Below, in pieces: positions 9,085 to 17,900 of a stretch of DNA of 43,687 nt; the stretch's first letter is position 1; every line of letters starts with the position of its first letter. Both the position numbers and the translations under genes were made by a program. This stretch comes from Bacteroidaceae bacterium (GTDB lineage: Bacteria; Bacteroidota; Bacteroidia; Bacteroidales; Bacteroidaceae): NCBI GenBank assembly GCA_017645845.1, contig JAGCNQ010000086.1:1-43687 (forward strand). The letters are read 5' to 3'. The notes under the pieces are model-generated. The model was not told the origin of the DNA and did not search any database. It was given only the letters and a program-made list of their open reading frames with translations.

Positions 9085-9092
9085 CAAAGGTA
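9085..9092 (-). promoter_or_regulatory. -7 promoter box (TACCTTTG on minus strand) for pfp
   Basis: caaaggta within tttcgcgtgcaaaggtacgaaaaaaaaa, 45 nt upstream of the ATG at 9040. Confidence 0.6.
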
Positions 9093-9102
9093 CGAAAAAA
9101 AA

Positions 9103-9134
9103 ATGAGGGAATGAAAGAATGAGGGAATGAAAAG
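9103..9134. repeat. tandem 8-mer word array (ATGAGGGA ATGAAAGA ATGAGGGA ATGAAAAG)
   Basis: Read directly from the sequence. It abuts the A-run next to the pfp -7 box. Confidence 0.65.
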
Positions 9135-9193
9135 TGATAATTAAAATATAATTTTATTTTTATTCCCAATAACTCCTACTTGTAAAAAAGGGA

Positions 9194-9223
9194 CCCCCCT
9201 AAATCTCCCCGAGAAGGATGGGT
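9194..9223 (-). repeat. degenerate solo arm of the palindromic element family (intergenic)
   Basis: Plus strand: cccccctaaatctccccgagaaggatggg. It shares the CCCTCTAAATCTCCCCGAGG terminus with copies A-C but no matching second arm was found. Confidence 0.45.
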
Positions 9224-9241
9224 GCGCCAGAGAGACTTCCT

Positions 9242-10204
9242 TCAGACAAAGAGCACTTCACGTCCGTGAAAGAGGAAATTACCTGCCACGACGTATTCCC
9301 TGCAGGTTGGAGAAAACTGGTCTTCTACGGTGACATGTTCATGCCCTGCCAGGATGCAACGCAAAAGAGGTTCGCCATGCAGATATTGGATGAAGTCACG
9401 GGTCACAGGGTCCTCCAACTGACATTTGTAGTCACCCGTCGGCTTTGGAACCTCACGGTAGGTTAACTGCTCCTTATCGGTCCAGAAGCGTACAGCAGCC
9501 CGCCATATATTATCAGTAAAGAACGGAACGTGCATACATAATACGATGGGCAGTCCTTTGCCGACTTCCTCATGGAACAGTCTGACCTGAGCTTCTGTCA
9601 CGTAACCGTAAACATCATCGAGCGTGACGAAGTTGACGCCGTGAACTACCTGACTATTTAAGGAGATATTGAAGGGGTAAACGCTTTGAAGTCTGTTGCG
9701 CGTATTATCCTTATATGCTTCACTCTTTTCCTCCTTGGGGTCGCTAAGCCACATGTCCGTACTGAACTCGTGATTGCCCATGGAACCGATGACGCCCTCG
9801 CCAAAGTATTTCTTCACAAGGTCGAAATTTGCTTCACTCTGCCAGTCTATAAGGTCCCCTGTATGGACCACGTAGTCCACATGCTGCTTTGCCCAGGCCA
9901 GTGCATCGCGCAACGCCTCTTCCTGACGCCCTCCAAAGGTAGTGGTGCGGTTCTTGTGTAACTGCTGCTTCTTCTCGTTCTCATGGTCATAGGCTGCTGT
10001 GAGATGGGTGTCTGAGATGTGTAAGACAGAAAAGGGATGCTCCAATCCTATTTCCACCGTCGCATAGCTTAATGACAGTCGTTCGTATTTTCCCCGTTTG
10101 GGAAACAAAGCGGGATTGTCATCTGCCAGCGCTGGCAGCTTGGAGGTTGCTATGAGTATTCCCGCTCCTGCAACACGTTTAATGAATGTTCTTCTATCTG
10201 CCAT
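9242..10204 (-). CDS. metallophosphoesterase (calcineurin-like) with Tat-type signal peptide
   Basis: MADRRTFIKRVAGAGILIATSKLPALA is a twin-arginine leader. ISDTHL, GDLID, GNHE and GHEH are phosphoesterase metal-binding motifs. The start was moved from 10261 to the ATG at 10204 because the exact -7 box (10232-10239) lies inside the longer ORF. Confidence 0.75.
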   Translation of the reverse strand: MADRRTFIKRVAGAGILIATSKLPALADDNPALFPKRGKYERLSLSYATVEIGLEHPFSVLHISDTHLTAAYDHENEKKQQLHKNRTTTFGGRQEEALRDALAWAKQHVDYVVHTGDLIDWQSEANFDLVKKYFGEGVIGSMGNHEFSTDMWLSDPKEEKSEAYKDNTRNRLQSVYPFNISLNSQVVHGVNFVTLDDVYGYVTEAQVRLFHEEVGKGLPIVLCMHVPFFTDNIWRAAVRFWTDKEQLTYREVPKPTGDYKCQLEDPVTRDFIQYLHGEPLLRCILAGHEHVTVEDQFSPTCREYVVAGNFLFHGREVLFV

Positions 10205-10231
10205 GGTATCAATGTTTATCGGTTCTGCGTA

Positions 10232-10239
10232 CAAAGATA
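10232..10239 (-). promoter_or_regulatory. -7 promoter box (TATCTTTG on minus strand) for the metallophosphoesterase
   Basis: caaagata in ctgcgtacaaagatacgaataat, 28 nt upstream of the ATG at 10204. Confidence 0.55.
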
Positions 10240-10342
10240 CGAATAATAATTCACAATCCATAATACTTCGCTTCTTTTCTCAAGAATGAAGGGGCAGTTT
10301 GGACAAAAGTTTCATTTTTTTTCTAAATCATGTAGTTTTTCG

Positions 10343-10350
10343 TAACTTTG
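10343..10350 (+). promoter_or_regulatory. -7 promoter box (TAACTTTG) for the ECF sigma operon
   Basis: Exact TAnnTTTG match 39 nt upstream of the ATG at 10389. Confidence 0.55.
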
Positions 10351-10388
10351 TTGCGTCTAATGGGTGAAACGATTCGAAACAAACGACA

Positions 10389-10868
10389 ATGACAGACACA
10401 GAAAAACAATTCGCCAAGACTATTGCAGAGCACAAAAGCACTATCTACACTGTGTGCTACATGTTCTCGAAGGACGACGACGAGGTGAACGACTTGTTCC
10501 AAGAGGTGCTGATAAACCTGTGGAAAGGCTTCGAGGGCTTCGGACATCGCAGCGACATCAGAACGTGGATTTACCGCGTCGCCCTCAACACTTGTATCTC
10601 GATGGACAGAAGGAAACGGCGCACAGCTGCTGTCCGCCTGGAGATGGACATCAGCCTCTTTGAAGACCGCGACGAAGACACGCGGCAAGTCGATATGCTC
10701 CACAAACGCATATCCCGCTTGCAACCTTTCGACCGCGCCATCGTCCTGCTTTGGCTCGAAGACCTCTCTTATGAAGAGATTGGTCAAATAGTAGGCATCT
10801 CGACGAAGAACGTCAGTGTCCGTTTGTTTAGAATCCGTGAGCAACTGAAGAACATGTCAAACGATTAA
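10389..10868 (+). CDS. RNA polymerase ECF-type sigma-70 factor
   Basis: 159 aa. The region 2 block (DLFQEVLINLWKGFEGF...TWIYRVALNTCI) and the region 4 HTH (LSYEEIGQIVGISTKNVSVRLFRIREQLK) are both present. Confidence 0.85.
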   Translation: MTDTEKQFAKTIAEHKSTIYTVCYMFSKDDDEVNDLFQEVLINLWKGFEGFGHRSDIRTWIYRVALNTCISMDRRKRRTAAVRLEMDISLFEDRDEDTRQVDMLHKRISRLQPFDRAIVLLWLEDLSYEEIGQIVGISTKNVSVRLFRIREQLKNMSND

Positions 10869-10881
10869 ACCTTTGCCCATT

Positions 10882-11481
10882 ATGAATACCGAACTTGAAG
10901 AGATGCGTGAGCAGATGACCACGCTGAAGAAGAAACTTGAAAAGCAGGAGATAATTAGCGAACGCCTCATCAGCAAGACAAAGGAGTCGCTGAAAAAGGA
11001 TATGGCTACTGTGCGAAGGCAGTACAGGATGGGATACATTGTCAACTTTATTACAGTACCCTTTTTCTACTACATAATGGTTTATCGCCTTGGTCTTTCA
11101 ATGACTTTTGGAATCGGCACTGCTATATGGGCACTCGTCACCTTCGTTTTCTTTTTCTGGCGAAAAGGCCACCTGTACAATCTGCAGTCAGACAATCTGC
11201 TGGAGGCACAGCGGAAGGTGATAACCCTCAAGCAACGTTACAACAAATGGCTCAAACTCGATTATCTTTCCCTGATATGCTGGATGGCTTGGTTTGGGTG
11301 GGAAATCTATCAGAAGTGTACGATGGAGAATGCGGGGAATGTACCCGTCCGCCTCTACTTCGGCTTTGTCATCGGTTTTCTGATTGGAATTCCCATACAC
11401 ATTTGGAAGGTCGTCAAGACGCAGCGTCGCTACCAAAGAATGCTCGACCAGATAGAAGACCTCAAGGCAGAGGACCAATAG
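10882..11481 (+). CDS. membrane protein with N-terminal coiled coil, possible anti-sigma partner
   Basis: The ATG at 10882 lies 13 nt after the sigma stop; the track's 10873 start is a TTG. A charged helical N-terminus is followed by about four hydrophobic helices. No recognisable domain was seen, so the function is inferred from position only. Confidence 0.55.
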   Translation: MNTELEEMREQMTTLKKKLEKQEIISERLISKTKESLKKDMATVRRQYRMGYIVNFITVPFFYYIMVYRLGLSMTFGIGTAIWALVTFVFFFWRKGHLYNLQSDNLLEAQRKVITLKQRYNKWLKLDYLSLICWMAWFGWEIYQKCTMENAGNVPVRLYFGFVIGFLIGIPIHIWKVVKTQRRYQRMLDQIEDLKAEDQ

Positions 11482-11499
11482 GTCATCTCCTCCGTCGCA

Positions 11500-11520
11500 A
11501 GAGGGGACTTGCTCCCCTCT
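11500..11520 (+). terminator. stem-loop after the sigma/membrane operon (weak terminator candidate)
   Basis: AGAGGGGA-cttgc-TCCCCTCT has an 8-bp stem and lies 19 nt after the stop. No U-tract follows. A second palindrome, GCAATGGC-G-GCCATTGC, sits at 11529-11545. Confidence 0.35.
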
Positions 11521-11820
11521 GCGCGGTTGCAATGGCGGCCATTGCTGTAAACACCGCGTTCGCCCCAAGTGGTGGCTTATATCAACAAGACCGTTAGGCT
11601 TGAAGGTGAAAACAAATTTTATTCGAGTGTGGAGAAAAAGTTTTTAGTCCGAAGAGAAAAAAATTTTTCTCCGTGGAGCATTTTTCATTTCAGGTCGTGG
11701 GATATATGTACCAAACCTTTGTATATGTGTTCTAGGGCTTAAAACATAAGTCTCAAGCCCTGGAACAGAAAATAGTCTTAAGGGAAAAACTCCTTATCCT
11801 ACGGGGGAAAAGATTCCTTT

Positions 11821-11985
11821 TTATTCTTCCTCCCAGTCGGTGTCGTCATAGTTGTCATGGTTGCTGCGGTTGCCGCGACGGCGGCGAGCTCCAGAAGGTC
11901 CTCCGCTCATATATTCCATGAACCTGTCTTCGCCTGACAGTGTGACGACAATCGCGGACGGATATTCATATTGTTTCTTTTCCAT
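11821..11985 (-). CDS. unannotated 54-aa ORF immediately downstream of the giant surface-protein gene
   Basis: My translation is MEKKQYEYPSAIVVTLSGEDRFMEYMSGGPSGARRRRGNRSNHDNYDDTDWEEE. The ATG at 11985 is only 4 nt after the giant gene's TAG (11990-11992). It falls below the 60-aa cut-off of the ORF track. C/G-ending codons are consistent with neighbouring genes. Confidence 0.35.
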   Translation of the reverse strand: MEKKQYEYPSAIVVTLSGEDRFMEYMSGGPSGARRRRGNRSNHDNYDDTDWEEE

Positions 11986-11989
11986 ATTT

Positions 11990-14900
11990 CTATTTTTTAA
12001 TGCGTTTTACTCCATTATCAATATAAATTCCTTTCTGAGGCTTGCCTGGGAGTTTCCGGCCTGAGAGGTCGTAATATTGGTGGGTACCGTCGCCATCGAT
12101 GGTGTGGATGACGGGGTTGATGCCCGTACCGTCCTCGTTTATGTCGCCCACATACTCGTCGGGCAATTTCTCCCAATCGGGATTGACGACATCCTCGCCA
12201 GCTGGCAGGTACTTGAACTTGGTTTCATAAGCATACGGGCCTTTGTACTCCAACGGAACGAAGTAGGACCGGAATTGCGGAATGTAGCTTGCACGATGGC
12301 TCTCTGTATCATTGTTAAAGGGTTTCCACTTACCGTCCTTCGTCGAAAGCCCGAAAGCGTGCATCTGGGTGCTCTCATCGTTGTCGATGACGCGGAAGGT
12401 GCCGCGCCACCAACCTACCAGGTCGTCAGGTTCTCCCCATGTCTCGAGGCTGGAGCTGACGATACTCTCCTCAACGTGCTCGTTGGGGTGTGCCAGCATC
12501 TTCACATTATCGGCATTGAGATTGAGGCTTCCATTCTCCACTACCAGCAGACAAGGCGTGCCGGCATTGATTACGGGTGCATCACCGATGAATACAAACT
12601 CAAGGTCTTCATTAACGGCAGCCAGTTGGTACAAACGGATCTGGCCTGCATCGAACTGCTCCCACAGGTCCTTCGTGTACGGCAGACAGACGGTGAAGGC
12701 GCAGCTGGTCCATGTTCCGTCGCCATTGTCGTTGGCCGCGAACTGACGGTCGTAGGCGACGTTCACCATATGGCCTCCGTATCGGTTCAGGGTCTCGCTG
12801 TTGTCGGCGAGGTCTGTCAGGCTGACATCGGCAATACCCCACAGGAGTCCTGGGTTGTCGATGCCACCGTCAACATGGGCGTAGGAAGCGGAGTTGGTAT
12901 TGTAATCGTAGCGGGTTCCGTTCTGGCCTACAAGGGAACTTGCATGGTTGAACATGTAGGCGGAAGTCTCCACCTTGTCCATCGTCCAGCCCTCGCCCAC
13001 GGTGATGGTGGTCAGCGCATAGTCGTTCTCGAACATCATCCGGACATTGGTCACGTTGCCGGTGTCGAAGCTGGTCAGGTTCAGGTCTTTCAACGACTGG
13101 CAATTCTTGAACATTCCGTTCATGTTGGTGACTTGAGTGGTGTTGAAGTTGGACACGTCGATGTCGGCCAGGTTTCGGCATTGGAAGAACATGTACCGCA
13201 TGTTTGTTACAGACCGCGTGTCGAAACTATCGATGTTCAGTTCCTGCAGGTTGGCGCAGTTGCTGAACATGTACTCCATATTCGTAACCTGCGATGTCTG
13301 CCATCCGTATGGGTTGAGCCACTCGAGTGCGGTGCAGCCACTGAACATGTAACGCATGTCTGTGACATTGCTGGTGTCGAAGAATCCCAGGATTATCTCT
13401 TTGAGCGAAGAGCAGCTCGCGAACATGGAGACCATGGTGGTCACTTCGGATGTGCGGAGGTTATGCAGACCATCGATGTCTGTCAGGTTCCTAAAGTTGC
13501 GGAACCATCCGTAGCAGCTGGTGGGGCGAACGCGTCCGAAGCTCTCGTGGAACACCACATGCTCTACCTGGCTGTTCACCTGCTTCCATCCGGGCGAATC
13601 GGCTCCTGTCATCAGGACGTCAGCACCCTTCCATAGCATCGTCACGGCCTGTCCATCGTAGCTGTCTCCGACATTCACGCGGCTTTCGGGAACGGTGAAG
13701 TGAAGCGTCTTGGTGTCCTCGCACCAGAAGGCGTAGGCCACGTCGAAGTACCCTGTCAGGGGTTCGATGGCGTCATAGTCGGTACCATCTGTGTAGTTGA
13801 CGCAGACGCTGCTGAAGTCGTCGGTTACCTCATTGTCCATCACGAAGTAGGCCTGGAATCCGGGCAGGATGTAGCTCTCGGCACGGCTGTCGGCCACGAA
13901 GAGCTTCGCCTGGTCGCTCTCGGAGAGGGTGACGGGCATGTAGCTGCCATAGAGTGCCACGCCGTTGTAGTCAGCACTATCGGCCTTGGCGGTGGTGATG
14001 TCTATGTCTGAGAAGGTCATCTCGTCGGGAGCACCGTTGGTCCATCTGATGATGGCAGGTTTTCCGGCGGGAGCTGCCTCACTTTCATTGCAGAAGAGCG
14101 TCAGGGTGCCGTTCTCTTTCTTGGCACCGGCAAACTCCAACAGCTCGCCACTCCATTTCTCTGCCATCTGTGCGGTCATCTCGAAGGGCAGACAAAGTGC
14201 CTGCCAACCGTTAGCCGCTGTCGTGGTGCGGTTCAGTACCACCTGCTGGGCTGTAAAGTCATACAAGGGTGCGAAGCCATACCGGTCATCAAGTATCAGC
14301 TTGTTGCAGATGCCGCCCGAAACCACGTTGTCGGCAGGCTGGGCTTTGCCGGCAGGCAGATAGACGATGGCCCCTTCGTTCAGACCGAAGAAGGGCGTGT
14401 CGGGTGTGGTACGGTCTATGGTGAGGGGTTTCAGTCCCAAGCAGCGAGTCATGTCGAGTGCCGTAATCTCGTGTCCCACGCTGCTGAAGGCATTGGCATC
14501 AACAGAGCGGACAGCCAGAGGAACTTCATCGCCGTCTATGTTGACGGTAATGCTGTCGGCAACCTCAACGATGCCGCCCTCACCTGTGTAGCGGGCAAGG
14601 GTAACATCTTCAAAGTCAACAATCTTATTGTAAAGGACAGAATAGGAGGCGTACTCGTCATCTACTTCCATATACTCGGAGGGATTGTCCATGCTGATAT
14701 CCACCTCCACATCGGTCACGCCGACGCTGGTAGCCTCAAGGGTAAAGTATGCCTTCATGGCGTGTATGCAGCTGTCGGCGCCCATTGAATTGCGAATCGT
14801 CATCAGCATCTTATCGCTATTCCTTAAGTCGAGCGATGCATAGCTGGGATGGAAGGTGACATGTCCGTCGCTGCTGGTCTCCTCGACCAGTGAGTTGTCG

Positions 14901-17900
14901 AAGAAGGTTACGTTCTCAAAGGTGGGGTTAGGTATGTCTTCACCTTTGTTCCAGCTTACCAGATAGGGCTTGCCGGCCTCTATCTCATAGGCATTTTCGA
15001 AGGCGAGGTTCAATTGTCCCGTAGCGGCATCGAACGATGTGTATTCGGGGTCGAACTCGAAGATGGTGGCATTCTTCAACGGAGACTTCTTGATGTCCCT
15101 GCCCAGGATGTTGAACGGCAGGGTCACCAGGTTCATGCGCCCGTCCTTGTAGAAGGTGCGCCCGCCTAATGTCACGCTGTTGACGACACGGCCATGGTAC
15201 GACTGTATCGTCCCGTTGTTGTCGCCGTCGGCGAAGAGTATCACGTCATCCACCGTGGGCGGGACGTCGCTGGGATTCAGGTAGTAAGCCAGGAGGTCCT
15301 TTAGGCCGTTGTGGTAGAAATAGACATCACCCTCGGCTATCGGGTCGCCGATGGCAGCCATGAAGAAGCCATAGACCCCGTTGCGCATGCCAAAGACATA
15401 GTGGTGCTTGGTGCCGATGACTGTCCCGTCGGAGACTTGCAGGATGCCCTGCCCCGCGATGTAGGAATCGTCGGGTCGCGTCAGGGGGATATTGTACAAG
15501 GCTCCGGGGGTGTCGCTCTTCAGCAGCATCACGTTGCCCATGGGACATTCCTCCAGGGCGGTCATCGTCACCAGCTGCGTGTCTTCGTTTGCATTCACGA
15601 CCTCAAGGGCCTGTATGTTCAGCAGACCGATACCATCGAAGTCGATGGGGCTCGTGATGAGGCGTGGCACATAGGTTTGCCCTTCCGGGAACTGGATGCT
15701 CTGGCACAACTCGCCGCCGATAGTGATGGAATCGCCCAGGCGGTAGTTGCCGGACGTGCCATAGACGTATATCCTGAGTTCTACCTTGCCATAGAGGCAC
15801 AGCTCCTCAGCCTTGGACGGAGCCTTGGGCTTCAGGGTGTCGAGCTTCATGACGTTCTGCGGCACGTTTTGGAAGATGGTGTCGGCCTTGTTGCCCCGCT
15901 CGTCGATGAGCATGAGGCGGACATTCGCCTTCGTGCCAGTATTGACGGGCATCGTGTAGAGGTTTGTCGTCTTGGGCTTGAAGGAGTAGCCCTCCTTCAC
16001 TTCGAAGGTTACGCACATGTAGCGGTCTTCGTCGAACTGTGCCGGCATCTCGATGAGCGACGTGCCGGTGGCGTGAACGCTGGGCGTCACCTTCAGGTTG
16101 CCTCGGTTCTCAACGTCGGAGAGGTTGTAGAGCAGACAGCCCGACTCCCCTACTTTCGACTGAGTGGTGATGGTGCTCTCGGCCTTGTTGACGGTAGGCC
16201 GTATCATCAGCTCGTTGTCGCCGCCCGGATAGGAAGCCTCCAGGTAGATCAGTTCCATGTCCTCGCCAATCTCCACTACCACGGAATCAAGGTCTGTGCG
16301 GTAGTAGTGCATGGTGGCAAGGCAGTTATTTCCCACTTTGGAATAGATGAAGTCCTTGGAGCCTGCGATTCTGACATTTGAAAGCCGTTTCGTGGTCAGC
16401 AGCTTGTAGGTGGCACCGTACTTGGCAGGCACAGTCATCTTCGTCCCCTTGCCTACGAAGGTGTTGCCCTCGGCCTTTCGCAGGTCGTTGGTGATGAGTC
16501 CCTTGGTGGCATCGATGGTCATTGCCACATCGATGTAATAGGATGCGAACTCGGTGGGCATCACGTAGGGGAAACGGGCATCCGCGCCATGCTGGTTGCG
16601 GAACAGAGCCATGCTGTCGGGCAGGTCGAAACGCCAAGTGACGGTGACGGTATTGTCGCCCATGTCCTCCTCGTTGAGAGCTGTGACGGGCACCATCTCC
16701 ACGTCTTCCGTCAGGGTCTCCGTGGTCACCTTGTTGTCCTGCAGCAGATTGTCCACGAGATAGGTCTTGCCATTGCTGCCCGTCCAGCTTTGCACGGTAT
16801 TGGCAAAGGCTTTCTGCTTAATATAATCATAGTTATAGTAGTTCTGTGTGATGCTGACGACGCCCTTGCTGTCGGCATAGCGCACCAGCGGAGAGCCCCT
16901 GAAGGTCAGTTTCTTGTGCTCGATGTAACGGGCCTCCACCTGCGTGTTCTTGCCGACGATCAAGGAAAGCGAACTGGTCGTATTGTTCTGCTTCACGCCG
17001 TCCACATACCACTCCAGGTCGTAGCCGACACCCACGGTAGCAAAGAAAGTAAGAATGCTGCCGCGCGACACCACATCATCGAGAGCCAGGCATTTGTTCC
17101 CGTTCCACACCTCCACATCGGGCCACCACTCGGGCTTGCCAGTCTGTGTGACATGGATGATGTAGTCACCCGAGACGAAATTGAACCTTTCAAACATCTC
17201 CTGGCTCAGTATGCAGGCCTGGAAAGCGGCGTGCTCCCTGCCCTTCGTTTCCGAGAAACTGGGGCCATGCACCTCGGTGGTGTACATATCCTCTATGGTG
17301 CTTGCACTGTACAGACCTTGCAGGGTACAAGCCGGATAAACCTTCTGCTCGGGAGCAGCGGCAGACACCGTCACATCATGGAACACGGGAGACTGCAAGT
17401 CCCCGCCAGGCGTATTCCAAAGACCGTAATACAGCTTGCCGGCCTCAATCTTGCTGACAGCAGGGCCTATCCTCAGGCGCATCTCCCTGTCCATCACCTG
17501 GATGTTGGCTATCTCGTGAATCTCGGCACCTGCCAAAGGCGTAACATAGATGTTGTTGATGGTGAACGGCACGCAGAGTGTAAAGCCCTCGCGCACCAGC
17601 TTCAGGCCTTGCAGGGTCACGTCGCACACAGACCCGTCGGCAGCCTCTAACCAAGCCGAGTTGTCCCCATTGGCATTAAGAGTGAGCGAACTCAGGTCAC
17701 CAACGAAGTCGGCAGGAAGTTTGTCCGACTTGCCCTTGTAGCCTTCCAGCTGATCGGAGAACACATGCCAGCGCGGCTTGTTACCGAACCGGTTCTCCCC
17801 TACTTGCAGCTTGCCTGCCGTCGGGTAGCAATACACATCATTCGCATTGGCGTCGAGGAAGGCATTTTTCCCGATGCTGGTCATGCTCAGGGGGATAGTG

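Noticed and set aside
10323-10844. 173-aa minus-strand ORF.
   Set aside because: It is antisense to the ECF sigma factor gene, which has clear region 2 and region 4 motifs.
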